From: Myxococcota bacterium
GTDB taxonomy: Bacteria; Myxococcota_A; UBA9160; JAFDDA01
Direction: 5' to 3'
NCBI GenBank assembly: GCA_965228475.1
Contig: OZ245817.1
Location: 3,872,001 to 3,936,000, forward strand
DNA length: 64,000 bases
Below the pieces are notes generated by a model. That model did no database searches and was not told the origin of the DNA. It saw only the letters and a program-made list of their open reading frames with translations. Position 1 is the first letter of the stretch, and each line of letters begins with the position of its first letter. A program made the position numbers and the translations under genes. Positions 1 to 10,055 of the stretch are shown here, one piece after another.

Positions 1-635
1 CGAAGTACTACGCCGGAAGCCAGACGATGGACGAGGCGCGCCACGTCGAGGTCTTCAGCAAGTACCTCCACGACAAGCTCGAGTGGGAGTGGCCGATCAC
101 GCCGAGCCTGAAGGAGCTGCTCGACGCGACCATCCAGGACAGCCGCTGGGACTTCAAGTACCTCGGCATGCAGATCATGATCGAGGGTCTCGCGATGGCG
201 GCCTTCGGCAGCCTCTACCGGATGTGCCAGGAGCCGCTGCTGAAGGAGCTCCTCCACTACGTGATGCGCGACGAGTCGCGCCACGTGGCCTTCGGCGTGG
301 TGTCCCTGCAGGACTACTACAAGGACATGCCGGCGAACGAGCTCGCCGACCGCGAAGACTTCATCATCTACTCCGCCGAGCTCATGAAGAACCGCCTGGT
401 CGGCAGCCAGATCGCCGACGCGATGGGCTGGGACCAGGACGCCGTCCAGGAACACGTGCTCCAGTCCCAGGCCGGCCAGCTCTTCCGCAAGATGATCTTC
501 ATGCGCGTGGTGCCGAACCTGAAGCGGCTCGGCCTGCTGACCCCGAAGGTCCGCCAGGCGTTCACGGAGCTCGAGATCATCCAGTTCGAGGACTTCGACG
601 CGGAAGCCGACGACCGCGCGCTCGGGCTCGCCTGA
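1..635 (+). CDS. Ferritin-like/AurF-type diiron protein (5' truncated by window)
   Basis: Two ExxH diiron motifs (DEARH, DESRH) plus IEGLA; frame is open to the window start. Confidence 0.8.
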   Translation, partial: KYYAGSQTMDEARHVEVFSKYLHDKLEWEWPITPSLKELLDATIQDSRWDFKYLGMQIMIEGLAMAAFGSLYRMCQEPLLKELLHYVMRDESRHVAFGVVSLQDYYKDMPANELADREDFIIYSAELMKNRLVGSQIADAMGWDQDAVQEHVLQSQAGQLFRKMIFMRVVPNLKRLGLLTPKVRQAFTELEIIQFEDFDAEADDRALGLA

Positions 636-867
636 CCGCCGAGCCCGCACGCGAAGCTCGGGCGAGGAGCGCGGCCGGTCGGCCGGATCTGTCGCAGCAT
701 CGCGCGTGCGCAGGCCGTCGGCACCGCCGTCGCAAGGCTGAAGAAATCACGATGAAACCGAGCGCCTAGGGGCTCAGACCCCGGCGCCAACGGTCCGATG
801 GGTGGGGTGTGAGTGTCACCCCCCGAGGCATCCCGCGCGCTCGGCTCGCACCCGGCCTGGTCCGGCC

Positions 868-2469
868 GTGAAGCCCGTCTCCCCGCCGAGCTGGCTGCCG
901 GTGCGGCCCGGCGAATGGCCCCTGGTCCTCGCGACCGGGACCTTCGCCTTCCTGGCCGTCGCCCTCGCCATCGTGCTGCGCACGTGGTCGGACGCGGTCT
1001 TCCTCACGTACTTCGACGTCTCCTGGGTTCCGTGGCTGTTCGTCGCGGCCGCGGTGGTCTTCGTCCCCGCGACCTTCGGCTACGCCTGGATGGCGCCCCG
1101 GCTCGGTGCGGTCTGGCTGAACACGCTGCTCCTCGGCGCCTTCGGCATCGCGACGGTCGCCTGCGCTCGCTACGCCCAGGCGCCCTTCGGCGTCTTCGCC
1201 GCCGTCCTCGTGGTGAGCGTGTTCTCGCCGCTGGCGAACGTCATCTGTTGGAACACCATCCTCGATCGCCTCGACAGCCGGCAGTCCCGGCGCCTCGTCC
1301 CCGTGATCGGCGGCATCTCGACCTTCGGCGCCATCGGCGGCGGGGCCCTCGGCGGCGAGCTCGCGGCAATCCACGGTCACGAGGCGCTCGTGTGGATGTC
1401 CTTCGCGCTGCTGCTCTTCATGACGCCGCTGCCGCTCGTGCTCTCGGCCCCCCTGCGCCGGCGCGCGCCGCGGCACTCACCAGGCATCCAGGAGGGCTTC
1501 CAATCTCTCGCCCGCAACCGGCTGATCGGCGTGGTCGCGATGGCGACGTTCCTGATGGCGCTCTCGACCAACGTCATCGACTACCAGTTCAAGGCCCACG
1601 CCCAGGCGGCGCTCCCGAAGGAAGCGCTCGGCACCTTCTTCGCGCGCTTCCACGGCGGGACGAACCTCGCCGTGCTCGCCGTCCAGTTCTTCGTCGCGCC
1701 CGTCGTCATGCGCCGCTTCGGCGTCGGACTCGCCTTCGCGCTCCATCCGGCGATCCTGATCGGCGGCGCCGTCCTGACGCTCTTCATGCCCGTGCTGGCG
1801 GCCGTCGTGGCCCTGCGCTTCGCGGACACGGTGCTCAAGTTCACCTTCCACAAGAACTCGAACGACCTGGCCCTCACGCCCGTCCCCGCCCACGACCGTC
1901 ACCAGGCGATGGTGTTCCTGAAGGGGGTGGTCTACCCGCTCGGCGGCATCGCGGCGGGCGTGCTGCTCGCCGGCTCGGCGGCGCTCGGCTTCGACCTCAT
2001 GGCCTCGGCGGGCTTCTGGATCATGCTGCTCTCGAGCCTCTGGCTCCTGCTCGCGCGCCAGGTCCGCATGAACTACCTGCAGCAGATCGGCGAGAAGCTC
2101 TCGATCGACCTGCACCCGGTCCGCGCCCCGTCTCCCGAGCCGCCGCGCAACCTGATGAACGCCGTGAAGGGGCAGGTCGTGAAGATCCGCGAGCTCCAGC
2201 GCTCCCTGCGCGAGACGCGCGACCCGGAGGTCGGCACGGCGATCCAGCGCGCGCTCGACGATCTCTTCGGCACGATGGGGGACCTGATCGGCGACCCGCG
2301 CGCCGTCGAGGCCGCCGCCCAGCGCTACCTCTACGGGGACGGCTCCGAGCGCGCCAGCGCCGTCGAGTTGCTCGACACGCTGCTCGACACGCACCGCGTC
2401 CCCGACGCCACCGACCTGCTCGACTCGCTCTCGCGCGACCGCATGCGCGGGCTGCTCGCCGTCAGCTAG
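868..2469 (+). CDS. Npt1/Npt2 (NTT/TLC)-like MFS transporter with short helical C-terminal tail
   Basis: Multiple TM segments; 'LRTWSDAVFL', 'SRRLVPVIGGISTFGAIGGG', 'IDYQFK'; GTG start at 868 is my choice (ORF open from 802). Confidence 0.65.
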   Translation: MKPVSPPSWLPVRPGEWPLVLATGTFAFLAVALAIVLRTWSDAVFLTYFDVSWVPWLFVAAAVVFVPATFGYAWMAPRLGAVWLNTLLLGAFGIATVACARYAQAPFGVFAAVLVVSVFSPLANVICWNTILDRLDSRQSRRLVPVIGGISTFGAIGGGALGGELAAIHGHEALVWMSFALLLFMTPLPLVLSAPLRRRAPRHSPGIQEGFQSLARNRLIGVVAMATFLMALSTNVIDYQFKAHAQAALPKEALGTFFARFHGGTNLAVLAVQFFVAPVVMRRFGVGLAFALHPAILIGGAVLTLFMPVLAAVVALRFADTVLKFTFHKNSNDLALTPVPAHDRHQAMVFLKGVVYPLGGIAAGVLLAGSAALGFDLMASAGFWIMLLSSLWLLLARQVRMNYLQQIGEKLSIDLHPVRAPSPEPPRNLMNAVKGQVVKIRELQRSLRETRDPEVGTAIQRALDDLFGTMGDLIGDPRAVEAAAQRYLYGDGSERASAVELLDTLLDTHRVPDATDLLDSLSRDRMRGLLAVS

Positions 2470-2515
2470 GCCGGTCTCCAATACAGACGGGTTCCAGACG
2501 GGGCTGCGGCGCGCC

Positions 2516-3619
2516 CTAGAGCGACTCGTAGCCCTCGTTGACCCAGGCCTCGAGATCTTCCGGGATGTCGGCATCCGAGTTCGCGTAGCGCTCGGCGGCT
2601 TCGGCGCCCTGGGTCTGGGTCCACATCTCCTTGAAGTGGCCGGCGGTCCGCTCGTCGTAGAGGCCGATCTTGCGAAGCGTCGGAATGATGAACCCGGAGA
2701 CGGGCCCGTAGCGGCCGCCCGTGCGGGCGAGCTGGTCGCGGATCAGATCCCGCTCGCTCGCGAGCTTCATCATGGCTTCGATCGGGTCGACGCCGGCCTG
2801 CTCCCAGACGGACTCGATGCGCTCGCGCATGGTGTTCCCGGCGCGCGAGGCCATGAGCATGCGCGTCGCCTCGAAGGCGTAGTCCGAGAGCTCTACGCGC
2901 TCCGGCTCGGAGAGCGTCGGCACCATCCGCGCGAGGTACTTGATGCCGTATCCCGTGTGGCGCGCCTCGTCCCGCGAGACGTAGGTGAGAAGCTTCTTCA
3001 GGAGCGGCTCCTCGGTCTGGTTGCGCATGTCGCGGAAGAAGTAGAGCGCGAGTCCCTCGGTGACGACCTGCATCCCCACCGCCTTCTTCATCCAATCCTC
3101 GGTGCCGAGCACTCCGTCGAGAAGCTCGCGCAGCCCGGGCGAGATCTCGTGGACCTCCTCGAGCTTCTGGATGTACGCGGCGAACGCCTCGACGTGGCGG
3201 GCTTCGTCGAGGGTCTGGGTGGCGGCGTAGAACTTGCCGTCCATGTGCGGCACCGCGTTCACGAGCTGCGCCGCCACCATCAACGCGCCCTGCTCGCCGT
3301 GCAGGAAGTTCGAGAGCATGAACGCGGCCGACGTGCGCGAAACGCTCCAGCGGACGTCGAGGGAGAGGCTCTTCCAGAAGTCCGTTTCGGAGATCGGGAT
3401 CCCGCCCATGGAGAAGGTCTGCGTGAAGGCCTCGCGGTCGATCTCGCTCTCCCAATCGAGGTCCCGCAGCGCGATCCACTGGCGCTCGAGGGCGTTGGCG
3501 TAGAGCGTGCGGATCTCCTCGACCTCGGGCTCGTAGTTCCACTGGTAGAGCGCGGTCAGCGCCGCGCGCGTGCTCGAGGTGTTCGGGTGCGTTTCGGGAA
3601 GCTCGGGAGCGTGACTCAT
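2516..3619 (-). CDS. Ferritin-like/AurF-type diiron protein
   Basis: HGEQGA, DEARH twice, VTEGLA; ATG at 3619 overlaps the upstream stop. Confidence 0.8.
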   Translation of the reverse strand: MSHAPELPETHPNTSSTRAALTALYQWNYEPEVEEIRTLYANALERQWIALRDLDWESEIDREAFTQTFSMGGIPISETDFWKSLSLDVRWSVSRTSAAFMLSNFLHGEQGALMVAAQLVNAVPHMDGKFYAATQTLDEARHVEAFAAYIQKLEEVHEISPGLRELLDGVLGTEDWMKKAVGMQVVTEGLALYFFRDMRNQTEEPLLKKLLTYVSRDEARHTGYGIKYLARMVPTLSEPERVELSDYAFEATRMLMASRAGNTMRERIESVWEQAGVDPIEAMMKLASERDLIRDQLARTGGRYGPVSGFIIPTLRKIGLYDERTAGHFKEMWTQTQGAEAAERYANSDADIPEDLEAWVNEGYESL

Positions 3620-4650
3620 GATGCGACCTGTCTCGCCGCCGAGGGCCGTGCGGCGGTGCGAGCGTGGAAGGCGGCGATGGCGCGGTCGTGCCACGGGATG
3701 CGGGAATCCTCGGAGTGGAAGCCGACGTGGCCTCCACCGGCGGGAAGCAGCGGCTCGAGGTTCGAGTTGCAGGACCAGTCGAAGCCGCTGTAGAGCTCCC
3801 CGGGGATCCAGGGGTCGTCGAGGGCGTGGATCAGCAGCGTCGGCACCGGGATCTCGGCGAGGAAGCGCCGGGCGTGGCTCTCTTCGTAGTAGTGGGCGGC
3901 GTCGCGGAAGCCGTTGCGCGGCGCGACGAAGCGCTCGTCGAACTCCCAGATCGAGCGAACGGTGCGCACGGCCTCCCGCTCCTCGTCGGTCGTCCGAGCG
4001 CCCTCGCCGAGGGCTTCGTTGCGCATGCTCGAGAGCATCCAGGCGTGGTAGATGCGATTGCGCGGACGGAGGAAGTTGCGGGAGCTCTCGGCGAGGTCGA
4101 TCGGCGCCGAGACCGACGCCCCGGCGACGATCGGGAAGTCCCGCCCGGACTCGGCCAGGAACTTCAGCAGCGCGTTGCCACCGAGGGAGTAGCCGACGAG
4201 CAGCAGGCCGTTCCGGTCGAGCCCCCGCGGCAGCGCCGCGAGCACCTCCCGCAGGTCCTCGGTCCGGCCGGCGTGATACTGCTGGCGACACGAATCGCGC
4301 GAGGGGCCCGCACCCCGCAGGTTCAGGCGCAGCACCGTGTGCCCGGCCTCGAGCCAGAAGGCCGCGCTCGCGATCAGGTACGCGCTGTCCTCGCAACCCG
4401 AGAGGCCGTGGATCAGGACGACACAGGGTGCATCGGAAGCCGGCTCGGGGGGATGATCGAGCCGGCCGAGCAGCACGTCGCCATCGAGCATGGGAAAACG
4501 CACGCGCTCGGTCCGGGCGGCGCGCGGCTCGGTGACGGGCCCGCGCAGCATGTTCCGCACGGTCTGGAGGTCGGCCCCGAGCCAGGGACGGCGGGCCCGG
4601 AAGGCCGGCATCGGCCCGGAACCCATGGCCGAGAACGTCGCTTGCTGCAT
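3616..4650 (-). CDS. YheT-family alpha/beta hydrolase
   Basis: HGLSG, GYSLGG nucleophile elbow, DDPWI, GGHVGF. Confidence 0.85.
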   Translation of the reverse strand: MQQATFSAMGSGPMPAFRARRPWLGADLQTVRNMLRGPVTEPRAARTERVRFPMLDGDVLLGRLDHPPEPASDAPCVVLIHGLSGCEDSAYLIASAAFWLEAGHTVLRLNLRGAGPSRDSCRQQYHAGRTEDLREVLAALPRGLDRNGLLLVGYSLGGNALLKFLAESGRDFPIVAGASVSAPIDLAESSRNFLRPRNRIYHAWMLSSMRNEALGEGARTTDEEREAVRTVRSIWEFDERFVAPRNGFRDAAHYYEESHARRFLAEIPVPTLLIHALDDPWIPGELYSGFDWSCNSNLEPLLPAGGGHVGFHSEDSRIPWHDRAIAAFHARTAARPSAARQVAS

Positions 4651-4742
4651 CGCCGATCATTGTGACGGCGACGCCTGGGTGTGACAACATGTTTGGCCTC
4701 GCGTGGGCCGGCGTCCCGGAGGGGGCGGCGGCCGGAGGGGCG

Positions 4743-5135
4743 ATGTCACAGCAGGCGATCGAGGTGATCCTGACGAGCCGGCTGGCGGCGCACCTCTCGA
4801 TGGCGACGTTCCTGGTGGACGCCGAAGGCCGCCCCCTGCACATGAACGCGCGCGCCCACGAGATCCTCGGGGAACGCCTCGAGGACACCCGCGACATCAC
4901 GGCGCGCGACCTCGCGACCCTCTTCGAGACCCGCGACATGGACGGCAAGCCCATCCCGGCCGAGAAGCTGCCGCTCGTCATCGCGCTCGAGAAGCGCCAC
5001 CCCTCCCACGCACGCCTGCGCGTGCGCGGCGTCGAGGGTCAGGACCGCGACGTCGCCGTCACCGCCATCCCCCTGGTCGGCCAGGGGAGCCGCTTCGTCG
5101 GCGCCATCGCCTTCTTCTGGGAGCTCCCGAAATGA
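4743..5135 (+). CDS. Stand-alone PAS-domain protein
   Basis: FLVDAEG..MNARA..ILG PAS pattern; SD GGAGG upstream; ATGA overlap with the next gene. Confidence 0.75.
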   Translation: MSQQAIEVILTSRLAAHLSMATFLVDAEGRPLHMNARAHEILGERLEDTRDITARDLATLFETRDMDGKPIPAEKLPLVIALEKRHPSHARLRVRGVEGQDRDVAVTAIPLVGQGSRFVGAIAFFWELPK

Positions 5136-5974
5136 AAGTCACGCTGTGGGGAACGCGCGGAAGCATTCCGACTCCGGGCCCGGAGACGGCACGGTTCGGC
5201 GGCAACACGAGCTGCGTCCAGGTCGAAGGCGATGATGGGACGAACCTCGTCCTCGACGCCGGGACCGGCATCCGCCGCCTCGGCGACGCGATCGATCACC
5301 TGAACCGCGTCGACCTGCTGCTCTCCCACCTGCACATGGACCACATCCAGGGCCTCGGCTTCTTCGCGCCGCTCTACGACCCCGAGACCGAGGTGCACAT
5401 CTGGGGGCCGGCGAGCACGACCCAGGGACTCGGCAGCCGCCTCACGCGCTACCTGGCACCGCCCCTGTTCCCGGTGCTGCTGCGCGACCTGCCCTGCGAA
5501 CTGCACCTCCACGAAGTGCCGTGCGGACGTTTCCAGATCGGGGGGTTCACGGTGGAAGCCGCCATGGTCTGCCATCCCGGGCCGACCGTCGGCTACCGGA
5601 TCCGCGAGGGAGACCGGACGCTCTGCTACCTCTCGGACCACGAGCCGGCCCTCGGGCTCGAGCGCTTCGACCTCGACGCCCTCGAACCCGATTGGGTCTC
5701 GGGCTACGACCTGGCCGAGGGCGCGGACCTCCTGATCCACGACGCCCAGTACACGGACGAAGAGTACGAGGAGCGGGTCGGCTGGGGACACTCTTCGGTG
5801 TCGCAGGTGCTGACGTTCGCGCGCCTGGCGCGCGTGAAGCACCTCGTCGCCTTCCACCACGACCCCGCCCGTAACGACGAAGCCCTCGAGCAGGTGATTG
5901 CCCGCGCCGAGCGCAGCGCGGACGTGCCGTTCAAGATCACCCCCGGCGCCGAGGGTCAGACCTTCGAGCTCTGA
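5132..5974 (+). CDS. MBL-fold metallo-hydrolase (RNase Z/phosphodiesterase-like)
   Basis: WGTRGS, GGNTSC, SHLHMDH, HDAQY, GWGHS, FHHDP. Confidence 0.88.
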   Translation: MKVTLWGTRGSIPTPGPETARFGGNTSCVQVEGDDGTNLVLDAGTGIRRLGDAIDHLNRVDLLLSHLHMDHIQGLGFFAPLYDPETEVHIWGPASTTQGLGSRLTRYLAPPLFPVLLRDLPCELHLHEVPCGRFQIGGFTVEAAMVCHPGPTVGYRIREGDRTLCYLSDHEPALGLERFDLDALEPDWVSGYDLAEGADLLIHDAQYTDEEYEERVGWGHSSVSQVLTFARLARVKHLVAFHHDPARNDEALEQVIARAERSADVPFKITPGAEGQTFEL

Positions 5975-5989
5975 GGTGCGGCGCGGCCG

Positions 5990-7123
5990 CTAGGCCGGGC
6001 GTTCGTGGATCAGGATCTTGCGCACGCCGTCGAAGAGGACCTGGATCTTCCCGGGGCCTCCCGAGCCCTGCACCACCCCGTTGCCGAGGGTGCTGTGGAT
6101 GATGCTGTCTCCCGACGCGTAGCTCTCGGTGATCTTGTAGGCGCGCGGCGGACGGCTCGGGTCGGCCTCGACGAGCTCTTCCTTCGCCTCCACGGCCTTC
6201 TTGCGCGGCTTCGACTTGGGCTTCTCGCGCCCGGCCGTCGCCTCCCAGGAGAGCACCAGGCGCGGCGGCTCCCGCAATGCCGGCGCCTCTTCGCCCTGCT
6301 CGTCCTTCTCGATGTCCCAGGCCGGCGCGGGGCCGGCGAGCTCGAGGCCGAGGTACTCGACGCTCGTGCCCGTGGACTCCTCGGCCTCCTTCGCCAGGCG
6401 CAGCAGCTCGCGGATCCACACGCCGCCCTTCTGCACCGAGCGCTTGCGAACGAGCTCCCAGTAACGGCGCGTCGCGACGAGAATGAGCGCCGGCGGCTCG
6501 TCCGAGATCTCGCGGCCGAAGCGCTCGGCCGCTTCCGCGCGCATGGCTTCGGCGTTCGCGGCGGCGGCGGCGGCGTCCGAGAGCCCTTCGAGCAGGAAAC
6601 GCAGGGGCGTGTCGCCGGTCGAGCCGCGCGTGGCCTCGGGCGCCACGTACTTGAGCTTCACGACGGCGAGGCGGTCGTCGAGCAGGCCGACCATGTCGAG
6701 GTGCGAGGTCCCCTTGTCCTCGCGCTTGGCGCGGACCGGCACCCGGTGATCGAGCAGGTCGAGCACGTGATCCGGATCGTCGGGCAGGACCTTCGGCATC
6801 CACAGGCCGCGCTCGGCGCCGCGGCAGTGCGCCACGAGCGCCGCGGCCAGATCCTCCGCGTCCCGCTCCTTCGCCTTCGTCCGGCGCCGCGCGGGGTGCG
6901 GCTCGAAGAAGGCCTTGCCCGCCTCCGCGCGCTTGGGCGCTTCGGCGACGGCGCCCTGGAATGCGGCGCCCAGGCGCTCGCCGGTCAGCTCCGCGGCGGC
7001 CTTCGGAAACTCGCTGGCCAACCGCACCGACCGCTCCGCGGCCATCTCCATCAAGGGGTTTTCGCTCAAGCCCCTTCCCTCCTCATCCACGTCTCGTGGT
7101 GACGGACAAGGGTATGGAATCAC
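5990..7123 (-). CDS. Hypothetical protein: PD-(D/E)xK-like N-terminal region plus C-terminal Tudor/SH3-like domain
   Basis: 'LDMVGL..VVKLK..GDTPL..LLEGL' and C-terminal 'GDSIIHSTLGNGVV..KIQVLF'; start uncertain (possibly ~7051). Confidence 0.55.
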   Translation of the reverse strand: MIPYPCPSPRDVDEEGRGLSENPLMEMAAERSVRLASEFPKAAAELTGERLGAAFQGAVAEAPKRAEAGKAFFEPHPARRRTKAKERDAEDLAAALVAHCRGAERGLWMPKVLPDDPDHVLDLLDHRVPVRAKREDKGTSHLDMVGLLDDRLAVVKLKYVAPEATRGSTGDTPLRFLLEGLSDAAAAAANAEAMRAEAAERFGREISDEPPALILVATRRYWELVRKRSVQKGGVWIRELLRLAKEAEESTGTSVEYLGLELAGPAPAWDIEKDEQGEEAPALREPPRLVLSWEATAGREKPKSKPRKKAVEAKEELVEADPSRPPRAYKITESYASGDSIIHSTLGNGVVQGSGGPGKIQVLFDGVRKILIHERPA

Positions 7124-7167
7124 GGTCCGCTTGAAAACGTCGTGGGAGCGTCATTCTTGGCGTTCGC

Positions 7168-9876
7168 TCAAGGTTCTTCGCGTTCGGGGAGCTCGGCCAG
7201 CCACTCCCGCATGGGCGGCGCGAGCGTCTCCCGCGCTTGGATGCAGCGCTCGATGTCCTCGAGGGCGAGCGCGAGGTTGAGCTGGCGGCCGGGCAGCGCG
7301 GGTTTGCCCTCGAAGAAGCGCTCGACGGCCTCGTGGTCGCGCTCGCTGCAGAGGCCCGAAGCCATGCGAGGCAGGCTCGCGCCGCGGATCCGGCCGAGGC
7401 GGGCCACCAGCGCGTCGTGGTTCGCCGCGGTCCACTCCCAGACCGCCCGACGGGCAGTGCGGCGGGTGCCGCCGGCCACCCCGCCCCACTCCGAGGCACG
7501 CAGCGTTCCGTCGAGCACCAGCTCGAGACTCCGGACGGCCAGGGCCGGATCGTCGAAGCTGCCGAGCGCGGAGACGAGACGCTGGCGCCGTGCCGGGCGG
7601 TCGGCCCGGACGAGCGCGGAACGGACCCGCTCCCAGTGGGCCGCGTCCCCTTCCCAGGATGCCATCGGGACCAGGACGCGGAGTTCTTCGACCGTGTAGC
7701 CCTTTGCTTCGCCCGCGAGGAACGCATCGGCGGCGCGACGCGCGCGCTCGAGGATGCGGCGGTCCCGGCCGAGATCTCCGAGCGCCGGCAACAGCCGCGC
7801 GCGAAGCTGCCCGGCGTCGCGCGATTCGCTCACGGCCGGCACGAGGCCGATCTGCTCGAGATACGGGCCCAGGGCGCGCGTCACGAAATGGGCGAAGGCC
7901 TCCCCGTCCGCTTCGTCGAGGGCGCGCGACAGCGACCACAGGCCCGGCGTGATCGCCTCGGCCATCCGGCGGTGGCCGTCCTTCGAGAGCGCGAGCAGCC
8001 CGTCGAGGTAGGTCGCGGTCGAGACGTGGCCCGCTTCGAGGAGCGCGCGCAGGCCGCCCGGGAGCGCGAGCCGTTCCGAGAGCGCGAGCCGTCGCCAGTG
8101 CGTGCGGACGAGCGCCGCCTGCGCCTCCTCCGGAAGCCGCCAGCGGTAGTAGCCGAGCTCCCCGGCGTTCGGATGGATCCAGCTCGGACAACGGTCCGTC
8201 GGAAGCGCGACCGTCTCTTCCTCCTCGCTCAACAGGAAACACGCGCGGCCGCCGCCCCCGGCTTCGGGCTCCCAGCGCATGCAGACGGGAAGCGCCCAGG
8301 GCTCCGCGCGCGTGTCCCGGCCCGCGGGCTGGTAGCGTTCCTGGGAGAGTTCGACCGTGGCCGGCCCGTCGGTTTCCCCCGCGTCGCACTCGAGTTCCGC
8401 GGTGACGAGCGGCGCGCCCGGCCGGTCCACGAGGCTTCGCACGACGCTCGCCACGAGCTTTCCCGTCGCGCGGTCGAGGGCGGCGAGCAGCTCCGCCGTT
8501 CCGCCGGAGCCGTAGGCGTGATCCTCGAGATAGGCCCGGACGCCCTCGCGGAAGGCCTCCTCGCCGACCCAGGCCTCCACCATGCGGAGAACGGCGGCAC
8601 CCTTGCCGTAGGTGATGCCGTCGAAGGCGTTGTAGACGTCGCCCCCCGTGCGCACGGGCTGGCGGACGGCGCGCGCGTCGCGCTTGGAGTCGAGATACAT
8701 CACGTACTGGAGGTGGGCGGACGCGCCGAGCCCGGCCTCGAGCTCGGGCGAGAGCGCATCGACGACCTTCGTCTGCATCCAGGTCGCGAAGGACTCGTTC
8801 AGCCAGAGATCGTCCCACCAGGGAAGCGTGACCCAGTTCCCGAACCACATGTGGGCGAGCTCGTGGGCCATGGTGATCTCGGTCCACAGGCGCTCGCGCT
8901 GGGTCGCGAGGACGGGATCGTGCAGCAGGCCCTGCTCGCGGTAGGTAACGAGGCCGACGTTCTCCATCGCACCGAAGCTGAACTCCGGCACCGCGATCTG
9001 GTCGAGCTTCGCGAAGGGCATCGGGTGGCCGAACCAATCGACGAGGTACTCGAGGATGGGACGCGTCTTGCCGGCGGCGAAGGCTCCGAGTTCGCCCCGG
9101 CCGTGGGGCGTCAGGATCCGCATCACCGGGCCGCCGCCCTCGCCCTCGGGAACCGGCACGGCATCGAACTCGCCCACCGCGAGCGCCAACAGGTACGTCG
9201 GGATGGGCTTCGTCTCGTCGAAGATGAAGGTGCGCTCTTCGCCCCGCGTCACGCGGCTCACCATCGGACCGCTCGAGACGGCCATCATGTGACGCGGCAC
9301 GCGCAGCTTCACGCGGAAGGGCGTCTTGAACTCGGGCTGGTCGAAGCTCGGAAAGACGCTGCGCGCCGAGAGCGGCTGGAACTGGGTGAAGGCGTACCAG
9401 CGCTCGCGGTCGAGCACGCGGTAGAGGCCGTGGGACACCTTCGCGAAGTCGGCCTGCCAGGCGATCTCGATGCGCGCGCGGCCGGCGGCGACGGCTTCCT
9501 CGAGCACGAGGAGGAGCCCCCCGTGCAGGCCCGGCACGGGCCGCGCCGGGAGCTCCCGCCCGCCGGAGACGACGCGCGCCGAGACGAGCTCGAGCCGCTC
9601 GGCGTGGAGCGCGATCTCCCGGGTCGGCCGCGAGAGCTCGACCTCGATCCCGACCTCGCCCGAGAAGCGCTCGCCGCGCGGGTCCACGCGGAGATCGAGG
9701 TCGTAGCGGCGGGGGACGACGCTCCGGTCGAGCCGGACCCAGCCATCGACGGTCGCCGGCTCGGGAGCCGGCGCCGGGCCCGTGGGCGCCACGCCCCCAC
9801 AGGAGATCCACAGCGCCGCCAGGACCACCCCGGCCAGCGCGCGCGCTCTCGAAGTCCCTCTCACGGCGGGGAGCAT
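7168..9876 (-). CDS. pepN: M1 family aminopeptidase (ERAP1-like C-terminus), probable lipoprotein
   Basis: GAMEN, HELAH..NESFA, YGKG; N-terminal signal ending in Cys. Confidence 0.9.
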   Translation of the reverse strand: MLPAVRGTSRARALAGVVLAALWISCGGVAPTGPAPAPEPATVDGWVRLDRSVVPRRYDLDLRVDPRGERFSGEVGIEVELSRPTREIALHAERLELVSARVVSGGRELPARPVPGLHGGLLLVLEEAVAAGRARIEIAWQADFAKVSHGLYRVLDRERWYAFTQFQPLSARSVFPSFDQPEFKTPFRVKLRVPRHMMAVSSGPMVSRVTRGEERTFIFDETKPIPTYLLALAVGEFDAVPVPEGEGGGPVMRILTPHGRGELGAFAAGKTRPILEYLVDWFGHPMPFAKLDQIAVPEFSFGAMENVGLVTYREQGLLHDPVLATQRERLWTEITMAHELAHMWFGNWVTLPWWDDLWLNESFATWMQTKVVDALSPELEAGLGASAHLQYVMYLDSKRDARAVRQPVRTGGDVYNAFDGITYGKGAAVLRMVEAWVGEEAFREGVRAYLEDHAYGSGGTAELLAALDRATGKLVASVVRSLVDRPGAPLVTAELECDAGETDGPATVELSQERYQPAGRDTRAEPWALPVCMRWEPEAGGGGRACFLLSEEEETVALPTDRCPSWIHPNAGELGYYRWRLPEEAQAALVRTHWRRLALSERLALPGGLRALLEAGHVSTATYLDGLLALSKDGHRRMAEAITPGLWSLSRALDEADGEAFAHFVTRALGPYLEQIGLVPAVSESRDAGQLRARLLPALGDLGRDRRILERARRAADAFLAGEAKGYTVEELRVLVPMASWEGDAAHWERVRSALVRADRPARRQRLVSALGSFDDPALAVRSLELVLDGTLRASEWGGVAGGTRRTARRAVWEWTAANHDALVARLGRIRGASLPRMASGLCSERDHEAVERFFEGKPALPGRQLNLALALEDIERCIQARETLAPPMREWLAELPEREEP

Positions 9877-10013
9877 GGCAGGAAGCACGCGGCCTGCAAC
9901 GCAGCGGCCGCCACCCGAGCCCGTGGGCCCGGGCACACGAACCTCCAGCGATCAATCAAACGACGTCTCGGCCCGCCCGCCCGGACGTGTAAAAGCTCTG
10001 TAAGGGCGCCGGA

Positions 10014-10036
10014 TTCGAACCCCGCCGGGGTTCGAA
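10014..10036. promoter_or_regulatory. Perfect inverted repeat, candidate operator upstream of the desaturase
   Basis: TTCGAACCCC-GCC-GGGGTTCGAA in the divergent intergenic region. Confidence 0.4.
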
Positions 10037-10055
10037 AGTGTGTATCTAACGGGCG

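Noticed and set aside
10004..10030. tRNA-like GGTTCGAATCC on the minus strand
   Set aside because: T-stem does not pair properly and no cloverleaf or CCA end can be built; better explained by the local inverted repeat
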